From Haloquadratum walsbyi C23 (GTDB taxonomy: Archaea > Halobacteriota > Halobacteria > Halobacteriales > Haloferacaceae), in assembly GCF_000237865.1 (NCBI RefSeq), contig NC_017459.1, positions 1,260,001-1,292,000 on the forward strand: DNA of 32,000 nt, read 5' to 3'. The position numbers and the translations under genes are program-made. The notes beneath the pieces are model-generated. The model was given only the letters and a program-made list of their open reading frames with translations, was not told the DNA's origin and did not search any database. This document shows, one piece after another, positions 27,762 to 32,000 of the stretch (positions are counted from its first letter, which is position 1; every line of letters begins with the position of its first letter).

Positions 27762-28205
27762 ATATCGGTCCTGACCGAGTTTCCACCGCAATTTGTTGCC
27801 TTCGGCTTGGGATTTGCACTTGAGTCAGGTTTTCTCATTTGTTCGGATGTTAATGTTATTCTAGTGACTGGGTTATCATCATATGTTGCTATTGATGGCG
27901 TACGTTGAGGCAGATATACTGACAATTGCATGTCCCATCCGACCGTACGACTATCTGTAACGATGATTTTCTGATCATTGTAAAAGAGATTCATACGTCT
28001 CACGCTGCCACTGTGTTTCGTGGTATAATAATTTAATCGATATTTTCGTCGATAACTGGAAAGAATTGTCAACATCTTCGTGTTATTTATGCATGATTAC
28101 GCTGCTATTAGATGTGATAGATTACATTGTTGCAAATGCCATTGTTTTTGACTGCCACCGTAACCAACGGGATCAATCCTCTCAAATAAGAAGTTGGAGG
28201 AATCA

Positions 28206-28622
28206 ATGAGTGAGATCAAATTGACTGTGGGCGATGAATCATACACGGCAACATTATTGGAGACAAAAGCCCCCAAATCGGTCGAAGCTGTTCTGGACTT
28301 TCTGCCGCTTCACTCAGAACTCATGCACGTTCGATGGAGTGGTATCGCGACATGGATCAATATCGACGATATCGAGTTGTCGGAACTACCACGTGAAAAC
28401 CACACCGTCTATCCCTCTATCGGTGATTTACTGCTCTATCCAGGGTATGAAAATGAACAGGAGATACTCTGGTCCTGCGGACCGACCTGTTTCAAAAGCC
28501 CTGCTGGTGAACTGGCGGGTAACCATTTTGCGACGGTGAATGCAAGCCGCGAAGAACTCAAAACGCTTGAAGAGCGTACACTTACTGACGGCACACAGGA
28601 TATCACTATCAAAATGGCGTAA
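28206..28622 (+). CDS. small cyclophilin-like-fold protein of unknown function (DUF3830-like)
   Basis: 138 aa from ATG 28206, with GGAGG at 28196-28200. The sequence IKLTVGDESYTATLLETKAPKSVEAVLDFLPL...HVRWSG resembles, from memory, the DUF3830/cyclophilin-like family. The function is unknown. Confidence 0.55.
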   Translation: MSEIKLTVGDESYTATLLETKAPKSVEAVLDFLPLHSELMHVRWSGIATWINIDDIELSELPRENHTVYPSIGDLLLYPGYENEQEILWSCGPTCFKSPAGELAGNHFATVNASREELKTLEERTLTDGTQDITIKMA

Positions 28623-28648
28623 GTCACTCCCCCAGCATAGACAATGAA

Positions 28649-28860
28649 GTGAACCACTTCGGGGTCAAGCCCCGAGGCTTCCTTGTTTCGGCTGCATTGC
28701 GTCCGAAAACAGAAATTAATCCCTCCCGACTTTCGATGATGGATCGGCTCGAAGTAACACCTGAACACTCGACATGTCCGTGGGAGTCGGTCGCTCCATC
28801 ATGACCCGACAACTCCCGTCGCACCGGCAATAGCGGGTTTTGAGAGAGGTCACATTTCTA
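28649..28860 (-). mobile_element. 3' remnant (right end) of an IS1341-type (IS200/IS605, tnpB) element or derived MITE
   Basis: The minus-strand frame PVRRELSGHDGATDSHGHVECSGVTSSRSIIESREG resembles the characteristic C-terminal tail of haloarchaeal TnpB proteins. It is followed by a right-end-like hairpin, CCTCGGGGCTTGACCCCGAAG, and GTGGTTCAC ending at 28649. No RuvC or Zn-finger part is present. The inner boundary is approximate. Confidence 0.5.
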
Positions 28861-28979
28861 GACTGGTCCAGCCAGTGTTAGATTAAGATCGTTAGTTTGG
28901 CTTTGGGATTCTCTGGCTTTTTTGTGAGTACTAAACCCGATTACAAAGGGTATTTTACTATTGCTGAAAACGGCAGCAT

Positions 28980-29525
28980 ATGGAACGACTGCATGAATCA
29001 CTGCATGAAGCACCGATTATTGATAAGGATGGATACGAGTATTTAGTCCATCCAATCAGCAATGGAGTCCCGGTGTTGGAACCGGGGTTGTTGCGGGAAG
29101 TCGTCATTGACATCATGCAGCAGTCTGACTTTAATGTTGACAAAATTGTCGCTCCCGAGGCGATGGGTATACATCTAGCGACAGCGCTGTCGCTTCAGAC
29201 GGATGTCCCACTGGTCGTTATTCGCAAACGCTCGTATGGTCTCCCTGGAGAAGTAGCATTGCACAAATCAACCGGATACTCCGAATCAGAGATGTATATC
29301 AACGATATTGAAGCAGGTGATCGTATACTGATTATTGATGACTTGCTTTCGACCGGGGGAACACTTGCAGCAATCTGTGGGGCATTAGACGATATCGGGA
29401 CAGAAATAATAGATATTGTTGTCGTCATACGGAAAATCGGTCAGTCTGCGATGGATGAACTTGAACATGACGTGACAAGCTTAGTTGATATTACTGTGGA
29501 GGATGGAGAAGTAACGATTCAGTAA
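28980..29525 (+). CDS. hpt: hypoxanthine/guanine phosphoribosyltransferase, archaeal type
   Basis: 181 aa with the PRPP-binding motif [15 protein letters not shown]. The N-terminal [13 protein letters not shown] matches the archaeal Hpt family. Confidence 0.8.
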   Translation: MERLHESLHEAPIIDKDGYEYLVHPISNGVPVLEPGLLREVVIDIMQQSDFNVDKIVAPEAMGIHLATALSLQTDVPLVVIRKRSYGLPGEVALHKSTGYSESEMYINDIEAGDRILIIDDLLSTGGTLAAICGALDDIGTEIIDIVVVIRKIGQSAMDELEHDVTSLVDITVEDGEVTIQ

Positions 29526-30077
29526 TCAAATACACGGAGCATCATGAAATCACTCCTGCATTTATTTCCTGTGCTCAATCATGAATCATTGAATCATGTA
29601 GTTTGCCAGTGCTATGTTTGAGTATCATATCTCATCTCCAGCAGGTCAAATTATGTAGAGTATAATGAGAGTACGGGTGTTATAACATCCGTATATAGTA
29701 GTCATTAATTTAATAATTCATCTGAGCCGAAAAGTGTAAGATAGTTTTTATTGATATATTATGCGTATTCACAATTCTATTATGTATATCACGTTTTATC
29801 TCATGAATTTCATCAATAAAATTGTCATATCGATAAATAGATATTATCACTCGGAGGATACATGCACCCTGCAACAGACCGGGCACCCACGAGCAGATAC
29901 GAGAAAGCACACCGATATAATTCACGTAAGTCATCATATTATAGTGACGGTCAGTAATCTCATCTGTCGGGGGTATCAGAATGTCAAATTGGATTATATT
30001 ACTATATCCGCTGGAACGACAGATATGAGTATGGGAGACGCCGCTGAACATGTGACAGAAGTCATCAATAAAAGAGT

Positions 30078-30400
30078 GATGTTCTCGGTTGAGTAAGCAT
30101 TTGTGCGTTATAAATAGCAGCTTGTACGTGTGCGAGGAACACGACGATGCGTTCAACGCTGATGTGAATGGGGCGGAGAACATCCGCCTCAACATTAACG
30201 ACGAAAGTAACTCCGAGTCTTCGGCCAGTTTGGACGAGGATAGGAGTACCGGCTGGTTGGCACAGCCCGGAGTCTACCTTCACGACTTGTCCAGCGGATT
30301 CCAACCGCAGGGTCAAGTGGTAGACTGCAAACCCTAATATCCCAATCCAGCGGTGCGGTGCCGTGGGATTCCTCCGTGTTTACGCGAAGGAGGATGTCAA
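30078..30400 (+). mobile_element. 3' remnant of a second IS1341-type element: truncated/degenerate tnpB C-terminus plus right end
   Basis: The frame CSRLSKHLCVINSSLYVCEEHDDAFNADVNGAENI is a decayed Zn-finger plus the RuvC-III motif (NADxNGAxNI). It is followed by the tail STGWLAQPGVYLHDLSSGFQPQGQVVDCKP (stop at 30337) and a right-end hairpin, TCCTCC-N13-GGAGGA, ending GGATGTCAA at 30400. An in-frame stop lies at 30077-30079, and no RuvC-I/II region is recognisable upstream. Confidence 0.6.
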
Positions 30401-30651
30401 CTGAGCAGCGATGACGCGGCAATTCCAGACGACATTACTCAGTTCACTCGCGATGAGTTCGAACATAGTTGCTACCCGAAGTGTGTCTAGTCTCTGAGTT
30501 CGTGGGGACGTCTGATATAGAAGAGACATACAGACATCATGTGTCGTATTTATTCTGAGACTGCCCGTCTGTCATTAGCTATTGTTGAATACAGAGTTTG
30601 TCTCTCGAATGAGGTCGTTATTCGGAGGGCAGTCTAAATCAGTTAGCCGAA

Positions 30652-30957
30652 TCACCCACCAGAGATGACAAAGAGAACCGTCCCGAGACCGCAAAGACAG
30701 ACAGCACCGACCAGCAACACCAGCCCTGTGGGAGGAATCGAAAACTCATCAGGGTCGGTTCGAAGTAACGTATCGACAGCGGCAAGCATCAGTCCACACC
30801 CACCAATTGTCCGGATCAGTAACGGGAGACTCCACTCGCCACTGATGAGTGAGTACGCTGTTGGTCCTCCAATCAAAACTCCGCCAGCGACCAGTGTAGT
30901 GGTATAGATATGCAATTGAAACCGTTGCATCTGTAGAATATGGATGTATCCATACAT
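30652..30957 (-). CDS. small hypothetical membrane protein (three predicted TM helices)
   Basis: 101-aa ORF with three hydrophobic segments (LVAGGVLIGGPTAYSLI, LLIRTIGGCGLMLAAV, GLVLLVGAVCLCGLGTVLFVI). There is no recognisable family, and Met10 is an alternative start. Confidence 0.4.
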   Translation of the reverse strand: MYGYIHILQMQRFQLHIYTTTLVAGGVLIGGPTAYSLISGEWSLPLLIRTIGGCGLMLAAVDTLLRTDPDEFSIPPTGLVLLVGAVCLCGLGTVLFVISGG

Positions 30958-31762
30958 ATTATCTCACAGTAATATAAATAACGCTCACCAATCACAAACA
31001 CAGAAACGCACAACTGAGGCTCTGTCTACAACACGATAGTTTGTTGATGATTTAGAGTTAATTGATATGATGAACGGCAACGTCACCGAAAGCACTCACT
31101 TTGTGGACCGATTCAGAGCGTGAGCTTCAGTTGTTACGTCGTCACCCTCACCCACTCAATTTCCATTTCGTGTCGTGGTTTGCGGCGTGATTGTGATCAC
31201 AGAATAAAGCCAACATAAACATAACCGCTCATGCGCCGACCGTTACGCTGAGAGCCCACAATAATCCTCATCGAGTGTCGATAACTCTGGGACAATCTCA
31301 AAGTGAGTGAGTCTAAAATATCTGGTCACGATGGATGAATTAGTGGTTTTCGGGCATGTTATCGACGAATTGAACACACGTGGTATCGACCACTCGTCCA
31401 TGTCCTCGGGTCACATGAAGAGACATACACGGATGTCTTAATGAGACGTAAGTCACATCACATCACATCACTATCGATGGTCGGCATCCCGATACACTTG
31501 GATTCACGAATACTGATCAACTGGGTTACTCCGTGAGATTGGGTAGACGCTGACATACCAGTTGGGCTTCATCGATTGAGTCGTGTGCCCCCGTTGGTGT
31601 TCCTGAAACACATAGGGTGTCAATATACTCAAAAGAACGTCAAAAACGCGGTAGTGTATCAGACGTGAAATACTATATGATAGTCATGTCCGCGAAAACA
31701 TGAGTATACAACAGTATTAATAGGTTGCTGTTATAATGTAATTGTATAGATTGTACACAACT

Positions 31763-32000
31763 GTGAATGTACTCATTACGTCAAACTTCACTGAATCCGG
31801 AATTGAGCGATTGACAGAGCTTGGATTTGATGTCAATTTTGATCCAATTGAAACCAGAGACGGACGGATGCCGGTCGATACGCTGACACAGCGTTTGGAA
31901 GGTGTCGACATCTTTATTTCTGGGTTTGAGGGTGTGCCAGCTGAACTCATGGATGCTGCCGATGATCTCAAATTAATCGCCTGTCCGCGGGGTGGTCCTG
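31763..32000 (+). CDS. D-isomer-specific 2-hydroxyacid dehydrogenase family protein, N-terminal part (runs off the window)
   Basis: This is my own translation from GTG 31763: VNVLITSNFTESGIERLTELGFDVNFDPIETRDGRMPVDTLTQRLEGVDIFISGFEGVPAELMDAADDLKLIACPRGGP. It is acidic and has the layout of the catalytic-domain N-terminus of PGDH/glyoxylate-reductase-like enzymes. An in-frame stop lies at 31739-31741. The frame is open to the window end and so is absent from the ORF track, which lists only the antisense ORF 31717-31971. Confidence 0.5.
   Translation, partial: MNVLITSNFTESGIERLTELGFDVNFDPIETRDGRMPVDTLTQRLEGVDIFISGFEGVPAELMDAADDLKLIACPRGGP

Noticed and set aside
27758-28075. 105-aa minus-strand ORF in the allantoinase / DUF3830 spacer
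   Set aside because: It is basic (R/K-rich), overlaps the 5' end of the allantoinase-type gene in another frame, and lies in promoter DNA.
30413-30490. Acidic open frame DAAIPDDITQFTRDEFEHSCYPKCV* directly after the TnpB right end, possibly the tail of the gene hit by the element
   Set aside because: It is only 25 codons with no motif and no identifiable upstream partner, so it cannot be supported without a database search.
31717-31971. 84-aa minus-strand ORF listed in the track
   Set aside because: It is a Ser/Pro-rich antisense shadow of the acidic plus-strand 2-hydroxyacid dehydrogenase frame.
1-32000. Search for CRISPR arrays, rRNA or tRNA genes, and defence-system hallmarks
   Set aside because: I found no regularly spaced direct repeats of 25-40 bp, no cloverleaf-compatible GC-rich 70-90-nt islands, and no nuclease, helicase or methylase-type ORFs. 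The only mobile DNA is the IS4-like element and the TnpB remnants.

Overview
This looks like a chromosomal segment of a haloarchaeon. The proteins are strongly acidic, there is a Tat/lipobox lipoprotein, and IS1341-type TnpB debris is present. The GC content is low for a halophile, the spacers are long and AT-rich, and coding density is low, which suggests a Haloquadratum-like genome; that assignment is inference only. Layout: (i) 1-7.2 kb holds sppA, a DICT-like sensor-domain protein, a small zinc-ribbon protein, a CinA/MoCF-domain protein, a HAD hydrolase, and a metallophosphoesterase gene split by a 1285-bp IS4-superfamily insertion sequence with a clean 7-bp target duplication. (ii) 7.2-28.6 kb is a large purine-utilisation supercluster. 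It contains a beta-carbonic anhydrase, two TRZ/ATZ-type amidohydrolases, a BMP-family ABC importer, a three-subunit xanthine-dehydrogenase-family molybdoenzyme, an NCS2 xanthine/urate permease, OHCU decarboxylase, uricase, HIU hydrolase, an M20 allantoate-amidohydrolase-type enzyme, an allantoinase/hydantoinase-type cyclic amidohydrolase, and a small cyclophilin-like (DUF3830-like) protein. (iii) 28.6-32 kb is a decayed, accessory-looking stretch. An archaeal-type hpt gene is bracketed by two outward-facing 3' remnants of IS1341-type tnpB elements, followed by a small membrane protein, about 0.8 kb without credible genes, and the 5' end of a 2-hydroxyacid dehydrogenase that the ORF track misses. 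I saw no rRNA, tRNA or CRISPR array. All recognisable genes belong to known families, so I see no clearly new multi-gene system. The most novel-looking items are the unassigned members of the uricolytic cluster (the DUF3830-like protein, the two amidohydrolases, the beta-CA), a 33-codon ORF upstream of the xdh-like operon, and the orphan TnpB/omega-RNA-like ends.
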